Assembly (NCBI GenBank): GCA_030611085.1 | Contig: JAUWQI010000002.1 | Coordinates: 37,961 to 101,960 of the forward strand | From: Dehalococcoidia bacterium | GTDB taxonomy: Bacteria > Chloroflexota > Dehalococcoidia > GIF9 > AB-539-J10 | DNA: 64,000 nt | Direction of reading: 5' to 3' | Shown: one piece after another, positions 1 to 7,040 of the stretch | Layout of the letters: each line of letters starts with the position of its first letter | Position numbering within the stretch: the stretch's first letter is position 1 | Translations under genes and position numbers: made by a program | Notes under the pieces: model-generated | The model's database searches: none | The model's input: the letters and a program-made list of their open reading frames with translations, nothing else | What the model was told of the DNA's origin: nothing

Positions 1-2146
1 ATTTTATAGAACGCCCTGTTTCAGTTCCTCTTTTGCCAAAGAAGACACAAGCGGGGACATTGAACAGTGGCTCTACCTTTTCCAAATCCCAGACCTCTTC
101 AAAGCCAAGGTTGAGGGAGAAATAGGAGCGGCGGAAATTATAATGCTGGTCGGAAGAGAATACACTTCTAGGCAGGACAAAGCCGATAATTCCCCCAGCT
201 TTAAGGTAAAGGTCGGCAGTCCTAAGGAAGAAGAGCGTTGCCAGTTCCATATGGGTTATGAGCTCTGCTTTGCCAGTGAGGAGTCTATATTCCTCTACGA
301 TTTGCCGCTTGAGAAATTTCTGGTATTCACCCTTCTCCACATACCTATAAGAGAGCCAGGGCGGGTTGCCCAGAACTACATCGAAGTTGCCCTTAAGGAA
401 CAAGGGTTTATACAGATTCTTGAGAATGAATGCCCAGATGGTATCTCGCTTTTCTTCTATGAGTTCTTTCATTGCCTCAGCTAGATTGTAAAGGGCGAGG
501 GAAAGAGTCTTATCAGAGGCTATTTTAGGGGATGCCTTTCCCAAGAAGTTAAGAAATGTTTTCTCGTCTCCGCCTTCCCTGCCGGCGAAACTTCGAGCAA
601 ATTCCTTTGATGCTTCAATAGCCTCATCGTAAAGCTGGGGGTCGTGGATAAGAATTTCGGGGATTATGACTCGCTTACCATCGATTTCCAACTTGAAACC
701 TGGCAACGGTGCACCCATCTCCATTTGTCCCTCCATCTGGGGAAGTTTTATGGAATCAGCAAGATAAACGGGAAGCGAGATAGGCTTTCTTCTCTTCTTG
801 AAGAGATCGCCCAGTGCGAGTAAGTAATTGGTCTTGGAGATGATTACTGCTAAGGGATGAATATCTATGCCTACCACATTTTCCAGAATATGTTCCAGTG
901 TTTCCTTGGAATTTCCCAAAGTATCTCTCTTGTGCTTTATGGTCAAATAAAGGAAAGTTCCCGAGCCACAGGCGGGGTCGAGAACAGAGTATCGGGAATT
1001 CTCATCCAGCGCTTTCTCCACCATGCGTTGGGCAAGCCAATCAGGGGTGTAATATTCTCCCAAATCATGGCGTGCTTCAGGGTCAACAAGCTCTTGATAA
1101 AGCGCCTTCAAAACATCCTCGGAAAGCTGCTTCAAGTTGTATTTTAAAAGCAGACTGAGGAGCTTTTTAGAAATATCAAGCCCGATAGCCTCTGCTCCCT
1201 CTCGGGCAATCCAAGAGAAGAAGTCCTCTTCAAGAAAGTTAGCGATGCGCTGTCCTCGGAAGAACTCGCCGTTCAATATGTTAGATATTTCCTCGCTCGA
1301 AGGAATTAAACTTCTCTCAGTAAGCCGTGCCCAGGCAATCAACTTGGCCAGCGTTGCCAGATAAGTATGTCTGAGAAATAGGTCTTTGCTTCCAATGATG
1401 CTTCCATAGGTAACACGGAGATATCTTTCCCAGTTTTCGTAGATTACTTGGAAATCGCTTCTATCTTCCACTTGTTTCAGAGCGTCCTTTAACAATCGGA
1501 AGGAAAAGAGGAAAGCAGGACTTCGCATGCCGAAGTCTCGCGTAAATTCCTCTGTTCGCGGTGGGAGTATTCTTTCCCTGAAGAAATACCTATCCAGCCA
1601 GAAATATGCTTGATAGGGCTCTGCGGTTGATAGCTTAAGTTCGTCAATCTTCTCCAAAAGAATGTCTTCTGGGAGCAAGGGCTCAGTTAAAGACTTTTCG
1701 GTTCTTGGTGAGAATATCTGGAAATTTATCCCATCCGCTGCCACGCATAGGTAGTTTATTTTTCTCTCCTCTTCTTCAGACCAAAGACAGGCGATATATC
1801 TTTGAAGCTGCTCTTTGGCTTCTGAGAGCGTCTTATTCAAATCTTTCTCAAATTCGATTACCATGTTTCCATAGAGGTTATCCACCCTTCCTTTCAACAC
1901 GATATCCTTTTGCTTGCTCTTCACATATTTTTCGACACCGCTGAGGTAATCCTCAACAAATCTTGTATTCACATCTCCGAATATATCTTTTAGAAGTATG
2001 AGGAATCTCTGGGTTTTGGCTGATTCCGAGCCCAAGCGAGAAACTTCTTCAACATAATCCTTGAAAATCGCAGCCCTTTGGACTTCAAAGAGATCAGGAG
2101 TTCGTGATGGTTTTTCAGGAATTTTAGATGGTTCTCTTCTCCTCAT
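1..2146 (-). CDS. Type IIG/IIL-like fused restriction-modification enzyme (PD-ExK-like N-terminal motif + gamma-class N6-adenine DNA methyltransferase); C-terminal part lies outside the window
   Basis: Absent from the ORF track (no stop in window). Manual translation of the minus strand from ATG 2146-2144 stays open to base 1. Motifs read directly: GRVDNLYGNMVIEFEKDL..AKEQLQRY (MmeI-like nuclease motif order), GEYYTPDWLA, motif I VLDPACGSGTFLY (about 960-1000), motif IV VVLGNPPWLSYRY (about 345-385). Confidence 0.75.
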   Translation of the reverse strand, partial: MRRREPSKIPEKPSRTPDLFEVQRAAIFKDYVEEVSRLGSESAKTQRFLILLKDIFGDVNTRFVEDYLSGVEKYVKSKQKDIVLKGRVDNLYGNMVIEFEKDLNKTLSEAKEQLQRYIACLWSEEEERKINYLCVAADGINFQIFSPRTEKSLTEPLLPEDILLEKIDELKLSTAEPYQAYFWLDRYFFRERILPPRTEEFTRDFGMRSPAFLFSFRLLKDALKQVEDRSDFQVIYENWERYLRVTYGSIIGSKDLFLRHTYLATLAKLIAWARLTERSLIPSSEEISNILNGEFFRGQRIANFLEEDFFSWIAREGAEAIGLDISKKLLSLLLKYNLKQLSEDVLKALYQELVDPEARHDLGEYYTPDWLAQRMVEKALDENSRYSVLDPACGSGTFLYLTIKHKRDTLGNSKETLEHILENVVGIDIHPLAVIISKTNYLLALGDLFKKRRKPISLPVYLADSIKLPQMEGQMEMGAPLPGFKLEIDGKRVIIPEILIHDPQLYDEAIEASKEFARSFAGREGGDEKTFLNFLGKASPKIASDKTLSLALYNLAEAMKELIEEKRDTIWAFILKNLYKPLFLKGNFDVVLGNPPWLSYRYVEKGEYQKFLKRQIVEEYRLLTGKAELITHMELATLFFLRTADLYLKAGGIIGFVLPRSVFSSDQHYNFRRSYFSLNLGFEEVWDLEKVEPLFNVPACVFFGKRGTETGRSIK

Positions 2147-2433
2147 TTAAGTTCTCCACGAATAACCCGCCGGGCGATTTCAAAGGCGGCGGCGATGCGG
2201 ATGATTTTAACATCAGCGATGCCTTTTATATCTAAGAGCTTTTCTAGGGGCTGGTTTGCCATGCCTTTGAAGCCGCCGAACTTTTGTAAAATCTCCTCGG
2301 CAATCTTTTCTGCGGGCTTGCCAGGGATGCCAGGGGCGATGAGAATAGAGAGCAGTTCGGCATCGGTTAGCGTTTCTGCGCCAAGTTCTCGGAGCTTACC
2401 GCCGGGGTGATGCCATCGCTGAGACTTGTTCAT
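2143..2433 (-). CDS. RadC N-terminal helix-hairpin-helix domain protein lacking the JAB/MPN domain
   Basis: 96 aa; LTDAELLSILIAPGIPGKPAEKIAEEILQKFGGFKGMANQPLEKLLDIKGIADVKIIRIAAAFEIARR matches the usual first ~95 residues of RadC/UPF0758. Stop TGA overlaps the downstream ATG (ATGA, 2146-2143). Confidence 0.6.
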   Translation of the reverse strand: MNKSQRWHHPGGKLRELGAETLTDAELLSILIAPGIPGKPAEKIAEEILQKFGGFKGMANQPLEKLLDIKGIADVKIIRIAAAFEIARRVIRGELK

Positions 2434-2444
2434 TTTAGTTTCGG

Positions 2445-2473
2445 ATTATATTATCGCAGGGTTTTCTTAGCAA
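2445..2473 (-). promoter_or_regulatory. Sigma70-like promoter TTGCTA-N17-TATAAT for the RadC-N/R-M operon
   Basis: Read on the minus strand. The -10 ends 11 nt before ATG 2433 and there is no SD, so the transcript would be nearly leaderless. Confidence 0.45.
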
Positions 2474-2555
2474 TGCTATCTTATCTATTTGAGTGGGCTT
2501 ACTGCTTCCCCAAAATGGCTTAAAGATATGCTGGGTGCCGGGGATTGTTTATTTT

Positions 2556-2642
2556 GTCGCTCTGAGCGATGAGATTCTTCGGTCGCTTTGCTCCCTCAGA
2601 ATGACAGGGGAAGCGAAGAGCTCAGAATGACGAAGGGATTGC
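2556..2642. repeat. R1 repeat (composite)
   Basis: Units gagattcttcggtcgctttgctccctcagaatgac and gaagagctcagaatgac; family core GTCATTCTGAGC..AGCGAAGAATCT / GTCATTGCGAG..GAAGCAATC. Confidence 0.8.
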
Positions 2643-2665
2643 TACACAGTCTCCCTTACAGAAAT

Positions 2666-2695
2666 TTGCTTGAGTGCCCCCAAGAGTGTTATATT
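2666..2695 (+). promoter_or_regulatory. Candidate promoter TTGCTT-N18-TATATT upstream of the citrate-synthase-like gene
   Basis: Consensus-like hexamers about 30 nt upstream of ATG 2728, which has an AAAGGTGA RBS. Confidence 0.3.
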
Positions 2696-2727
2696 TCATC
2701 AATTATTTTTTGTCAAAGGTGAAATAG

Positions 2728-3960
2728 ATGCCCAAGGTTTATTTTATAGATGTTACAAATCGCGACGGCGTTCAAACTGCGCGTCTTGGCCTGTCTAAAC
2801 TGGAAAAGACTATGATAAATGTGTATCTCAGTGAGATGGGCGTCTTTCAGTCTGAATTCGGTTTCCCTACGACAAGGCACGAATCCCTTTATCTTCAAGC
2901 TAACTTAGAGCTAGCTAAAATGGGGGTGTTACAGCCTATTCGTTTGGAAGGGTGGATAAGGGCAACTGTTGGCGATGTGGAAACAGCTTTCAGTCTCGTT
3001 CCTGATATTAAGCATCTTAATCTATCCATCTCTACATCGGACCAGATGCTTAGCAGCAAGTTGAAGAAGGGGAGAGAGGACATAACAAAAATGATGATTG
3101 ATGCTGTGGAAGCTGCTCGAGCTCATGGGGCTGAAAGCATAGGTGTAAATGCTGAAGATGCCTCTAGAACAGGCCTGGAATTCTTAATTAAATTTGCCTC
3201 GGCAGCTAAGGAACACGGCGTCCAGAGGTTTAGATACTGTGATACTCTTGGCTATGACAACCCTTTTACTATCTATGAAACCGTCAAATCCCTGGCGGAG
3301 AATGTAGGAATTCCTATTGAGCCTCATTGTCATGGCGACCTGGGGATGGCTGTTGCTAATTCCGTTGCCGCGGCAAAAGGAGCCATAGATGGTGGGCAGG
3401 ATGCTTATATTAATACCACAATCAATGGGATTGGGGAGCGAGCGGGCAATGCCGACCTTGTAGCAACGGTCCTGGCCATTACTAAATCTAAAGGGTTTGC
3501 CGAAAAATATGAGCTAGGAGCCCCGATTGACTTGACAAAGGCATGGAAAATAAGCAAATTTGCCAGTTATGCCTTTGGAATTCCTATTCCCATAAACCAT
3601 CCCGGTGTTGGAGCTAATGCCTTTGCTCACGCCTCTGGCATTCACGCTGACGGTGTATTGAAAGACCCCGAGAACTATGAACTATATGGTTTCAACGAAT
3701 TAGGTAGGGGTGAGCCAGAGACTGTTGAGAGCGGCAGAGAAATATGCTCCGGGGAGTATAGTGGGATAGCTGGTTTCAGACATATAATGGGGCAGATGGA
3801 GGTATCCTTCAAGGACGCCGACGAGGCACGGGAAGTCCTGGAACTGGAAAGATATGCTAATGTTGAGGCACAAAAACCGCTCGTTGAGGACGAACTGCTC
3901 TTTATCGCCAAGTATCCTCAGATTGCAAGAAAGCTCCTAACGCTGACGCCGCTAGAATAA
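2728..3960 (+). CDS. Homocitrate/isopropylmalate/citramalate synthase family enzyme without C-terminal regulatory domain; candidate Re-face citrate synthase
   Basis: 410 aa. N-terminus YFIDVTNRDGVQ and later HCHGDLGMAVANS, INGIGERAGNA are DRE-TIM HMGL-like motifs. The gene lies next to aconitase-type and isocitrate dehydrogenase genes. Confidence 0.75.
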   Translation: MPKVYFIDVTNRDGVQTARLGLSKLEKTMINVYLSEMGVFQSEFGFPTTRHESLYLQANLELAKMGVLQPIRLEGWIRATVGDVETAFSLVPDIKHLNLSISTSDQMLSSKLKKGREDITKMMIDAVEAARAHGAESIGVNAEDASRTGLEFLIKFASAAKEHGVQRFRYCDTLGYDNPFTIYETVKSLAENVGIPIEPHCHGDLGMAVANSVAAAKGAIDGGQDAYINTTINGIGERAGNADLVATVLAITKSKGFAEKYELGAPIDLTKAWKISKFASYAFGIPIPINHPGVGANAFAHASGIHADGVLKDPENYELYGFNELGRGEPETVESGREICSGEYSGIAGFRHIMGQMEVSFKDADEAREVLELERYANVEAQKPLVEDELLFIAKYPQIARKLLTLTPLE

Positions 3961-3969
3961 TTTGTGGAA

Positions 3970-4008
3970 ATTCACCCTCACCTTAATCCTCTCCCTTCAA
4001 GGGAGAGG
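3970..4008. repeat. R2 repeat (hairpin cctctccc/gggagagg)
   Basis: attcaccctcaccttaatcctctcccttcaagggagagg. Confidence 0.8.
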
Positions 4009-4019
4009 AGACAGAAAAA

Positions 4020-5270
4020 ATGGGCAAGACTTTAGCTGAGAAGATTTTAGGTTATAAATCACCAGATGCTCACACGGGTGACATCATCGTTGGCGACCTG
4101 GACTTGGTGTTTGTCCAGGATACTACTGGACCCTTGGTTGTAAGGCAATTCAAGGAGAGCGGTTTCCATACTATAGCTAAGCCGCAGAAAGCAATAATCT
4201 TTCTCGACCATGCTGCCCCTAGCCCTAATCGGGAGCTTTCCAATGACCATATGCTTTTGCGTCGCTTTGCCAAGGAGAATGGCAGTTCCATTTTTAGAAT
4301 AGGTGACGGGATATGTCATCAGTTAGTGGCTGAAGGCTTTGCTGCTCCTGGAGATGTCATCATTGGCTCAGATTCCCATACTGTTACTGCTGGAGCTTTA
4401 GGTGCTTTTGCCACCGGCATGGGCTCTAGCGATACCGCAGTAGCTTTAGCCTTAGGCAAGACATGGCTTCGCGTACCTGAGAGCTTTCTTATCAATTTAG
4501 TGGGTACTTTTCCTAAAGGAGTTACGGGTAAAGATTTGATTTTATACCTCATAGGTCAGCTTGGGGCTGATGGCGCTACTTACAAGGCTCTAGAATTTAG
4601 CGGAGAAGCTTTAGCTCATATAACTATGTCACAACGCCTCACTATAGCCAATATGGCGGTGGAGGCTGGAGCTAAAGTTGGTTTATTCCCCAGTGACGAG
4701 GTTACCAAAGACTTTTTGGCAGCCCAACGCCGGGAAGAAAGTTATAAACCAATCTATCCTGATGCTGATGCAGATTACGAACGAGTCATATCTCTGAATT
4801 TAAACCAGCTTGAACCAATGGTCTCCCTTCCTCATACTGTAGATAATGTCCTCCCAGTGGGAAAAGTAAAAGGGGTTAAAATCCAGCAAGCATTCATTGG
4901 CACCTGCACAAACGGTCGTCTTGAAGATCTGGCTATGGCTGCCAGCATTCTCCGAGGCAAGAAAGTTCATTCTGATGTCAGATTGCTTGTAGCGCCGGCT
5001 TCACGGCAGGTGCTCATGCAAGCCATTGAGTTGGGATATATTCAGAGCTTAATTGAAGCAGGGGCAGCTATTCTACCTCCAGGTTGTGCTGCCTGTCTTG
5101 GTCTGCACCAGGGAATATTAGGAGATGGCGAAGTCTGCCTTTCCACTGCCAACCGCAACTTTAAGGGTAGAATGGGCAATCCTGAAGCTATGATATACTT
5201 GGCCAGTCCTGCTACGGCTGCTGCTTCGGCTATAAAAGGCGAGATTACTGACCCCAGGGAAGTTATGTAA
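4020..5270 (+). CDS. Aconitase-family hydro-lyase large subunit (LeuC/HacA type); candidate aconitase
   Basis: 416 aa; DHAAPSP, GSDSHT, FIGTCTNGRLEDL, NRNFKGRMG motifs. Confidence 0.85.
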   Translation: MGKTLAEKILGYKSPDAHTGDIIVGDLDLVFVQDTTGPLVVRQFKESGFHTIAKPQKAIIFLDHAAPSPNRELSNDHMLLRRFAKENGSSIFRIGDGICHQLVAEGFAAPGDVIIGSDSHTVTAGALGAFATGMGSSDTAVALALGKTWLRVPESFLINLVGTFPKGVTGKDLILYLIGQLGADGATYKALEFSGEALAHITMSQRLTIANMAVEAGAKVGLFPSDEVTKDFLAAQRREESYKPIYPDADADYERVISLNLNQLEPMVSLPHTVDNVLPVGKVKGVKIQQAFIGTCTNGRLEDLAMAASILRGKKVHSDVRLLVAPASRQVLMQAIELGYIQSLIEAGAAILPPGCAACLGLHQGILGDGEVCLSTANRNFKGRMGNPEAMIYLASPATAAASAIKGEITDPREVM

Positions 5271-5340
5271 AAGTAAAAATGCAGAAGGCAAAAATAAAAA
5301 GGGTTTACATTTTGATTTGTCATTTTGATTTTTAATTTTC
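5268..5340. repeat. R4-like AT-rich repeat
   Basis: aaaagtaaaaatgcagaaggcaaaaataaaaagggtttacattttgatttgtcattttgatttttaattttc; weaker member. Confidence 0.4.
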
Positions 5341-5398
5341 TGTAGTAGTTGCCTGATTTATCAGGCTTAATGTAGCGCGGGAGCTCGTCTCCCGCAAA
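5341..5398. repeat. R3 repeat (R3a gtagttgcctgatttatcaggc + R3b palindrome gcgggag..ctcccgc)
   Basis: tgtagtagttgcctgatttatcaggcttaatgtagcgcgggagctcgtctcccgcaaagg. Confidence 0.75.
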
Positions 5399-5401
5399 GG
5401 G

Positions 5402-5941
5402 ATGAAGATGCCTTATTCAGTGCTCAAAGGCAAAGCTATTAAGCTAGGTGACGGTGTTTCCACGGATGATATTATCTCTGGCAGGTTTGCTCATTTAAGG
5501 AGCAACTTACCTGAGCTTGCCAGGCACACCTTAGAGGATGCTATGCCTTCATTCGTCTCCAGAGTGAAGCCCGGTGATTTCCTGGTTGCCGGCAAGAACT
5601 TTGGCTTAGGCTCTAGCAGGGAGCATGCTCCCGTGGTAGTCAAGATGTCGGGAATAAGCGCTATTTTAGCTAAATCGGTAGCTCGTATTTTCTTTAGAAA
5701 TGCCATAAATCAAGGAATGCCGGTGTTAGTATGTGACACCGATAAAATTAGCGATAATGACGATTTGGAGATAGATTTAACTAATGGAGTGGTTGCTAAC
5801 TTGACTTCCGGCGTCAAGATAGACTGTGGCAAGATGTCGCCATTAGCCATTTCTATCCTCAAAGAAGGTGGGCTCATCCCCTATATAAAAAAGCACAAGG
5901 ATTTCGTCATCACACATTCCTCTGAACCCTATACCTATTAA
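5402..5941 (+). CDS. Aconitase-family hydro-lyase small subunit (LeuD/HacB type)
   Basis: 179 aa; GKNFGLGSSREHAP and ARIFFRNAINQG swivel-domain motifs. Confidence 0.8.
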   Translation: MKMPYSVLKGKAIKLGDGVSTDDIISGRFAHLRSNLPELARHTLEDAMPSFVSRVKPGDFLVAGKNFGLGSSREHAPVVVKMSGISAILAKSVARIFFRNAINQGMPVLVCDTDKISDNDDLEIDLTNGVVANLTSGVKIDCGKMSPLAISILKEGGLIPYIKKHKDFVITHSSEPYTY

Positions 5942-5972
5942 CAAAGTTATACTATATGTGGTATCGTAATAA

Positions 5973-6235
5973 ATGAGCCAACTTGATAAACTAATAGAGA
6001 AATTCTTAAGAAAGCCGCCGGAGGTTTTATTTGAGGATGTGGCTAAAGTCTTGCAAGTATTTGGTTACGAAGAACGCCCTTCCGGAGGAGGTAGTCATCA
6101 TTTTTTGCAAAGCCAGGTCACCGAGGCAAAACTGTTCCGACAATAAAAGGGCGGCGTGTAAAAAGACGCTATGTGCGCATGATCATCGATAATTTGGAAT
6201 TGGAGGAATGGTATGAGAAACGACATGGAGCGTAA
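5973..6235 (+). pseudogene. hicA: hicA-family toxin gene interrupted by a frameshift in a T6 run (6101-6106)
   Basis: Frame 1 gives MSQLDKLIEKFLRKPPEVLFEDVAKVLQVFGYEERPSGGGSHHFLQ.. with a stop at 6144. The other frame continues FAKPGHRGKTVPTIKGRRVKRRYVRMIIDNLELEEWYEKRHGA* to 6235. Adding one T restores an 87-aa HicA-like protein. Confidence 0.6.
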
Positions 6236-6893
6236 AGACCTAAAATTCTACTTAAGCTTGCATTACCCAATTACTATACATATTGACCCTGAGGGTGGTT
6301 ATGTAGCTGAGATTGAGGAATTGCCTGGGTGCATGACCCAAGCCGAGACTCTTGACGAGGCTTTTAGAGCCATTGAGGATGCCCGACAGGTATGGATCAA
6401 GGGAACTTATGAAATGGCTCAAGATATTTCCTTGCCTAGAGAAATGGAAGAGCATAGTGGGAAGTTTATGGTGCGGATTCCACGAAGCCTTCACCGCAAT
6501 CTAGTTCGTGCTGCTAAGCGTGAAGGGGTAAGCTTGAATCAGTATGTTGCTAGCTTATTGGCGGCCGGGGTTCAAAGAGATGTTATTCTTTCTTCGGCCC
6601 AATCTGTTTCTCAACCGCAGATTGCGGAACAAATATTACAGCAATTTCAGGAGCTCTCCAGGGGGAAGGAAACAGCAACTTTTATTTCACCACTCACCCC
6701 CCGAGAAGTAGAGATACTTGATTATATGGCTCGGGGCTACCTCAATAAACAGATAGCCGATGCGTTAGACGTCAGCGAGCAGACCATCAAAAATCATGTA
6801 ACCTCTATCCTCCGTAAGCTCAACGCCAACGCTCGCACTCAGGCAGTGGTGGGAGCCGTGAAGAAGAGCGGCGTGCGATGCTTGATAGCGTAA
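6213..6893 (+). CDS. HicB-like antitoxin (UPF0150 fold + ribbon-helix-helix) fused to a C-terminal LuxR/GerE-type HTH
   Basis: 226 aa; YPITIHIDPEGGYVAEIEELPGCMTQAETLDEA (HicB N-domain), FMVRIPRSLHRNLVRAAKREGVSLNQYVASLLA (RHH), LTPREVEILDYMARGYLNKQIADALDVSEQTIKNHVTSILRKLNANARTQAV (LuxR HTH). Confidence 0.7.
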   Translation: MRNDMERKDLKFYLSLHYPITIHIDPEGGYVAEIEELPGCMTQAETLDEAFRAIEDARQVWIKGTYEMAQDISLPREMEEHSGKFMVRIPRSLHRNLVRAAKREGVSLNQYVASLLAAGVQRDVILSSAQSVSQPQIAEQILQQFQELSRGKETATFISPLTPREVEILDYMARGYLNKQIADALDVSEQTIKNHVTSILRKLNANARTQAVVGAVKKSGVRCLIA

Positions 6894-6958
6894 TTACGGA
6901 AAGTTGCTTATTGAGGCTCTAAGGAGATACCGAATGTGAAAAACAGTATAAGGATTTC

Positions 6959-7018
6959 GTCATTGCGGTGAGCCGAAGCCCTGACTCTGAACGCAGTGAA
7001 GAGGAAGGGGAAGCGAAA
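6959..7018. repeat. R1 repeat
   Basis: gtcattgcggtgagccgaagccctgactctgaacgcagtgaag.. Confidence 0.7.
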
Positions 7019-7040
7019 CAACAGTAAATAAAAGATTAAA

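Noticed and set aside
143-1944. Small plus-strand ORFs in the first 2 kb (143-484, 857-1147, 898-1158, 1137-1364, 1705-1944)
   Set aside because: The opposite strand carries one long uninterrupted methyltransferase reading frame with clear motifs, so these are antisense artefacts.
2143-2433. Annotating the 96-aa ORF as a full radC
   Set aside because: It is only the N-terminal HhH part. The JAB/MPN domain with its metal-binding motif is absent, and the frame ends at the start of the R-M gene.
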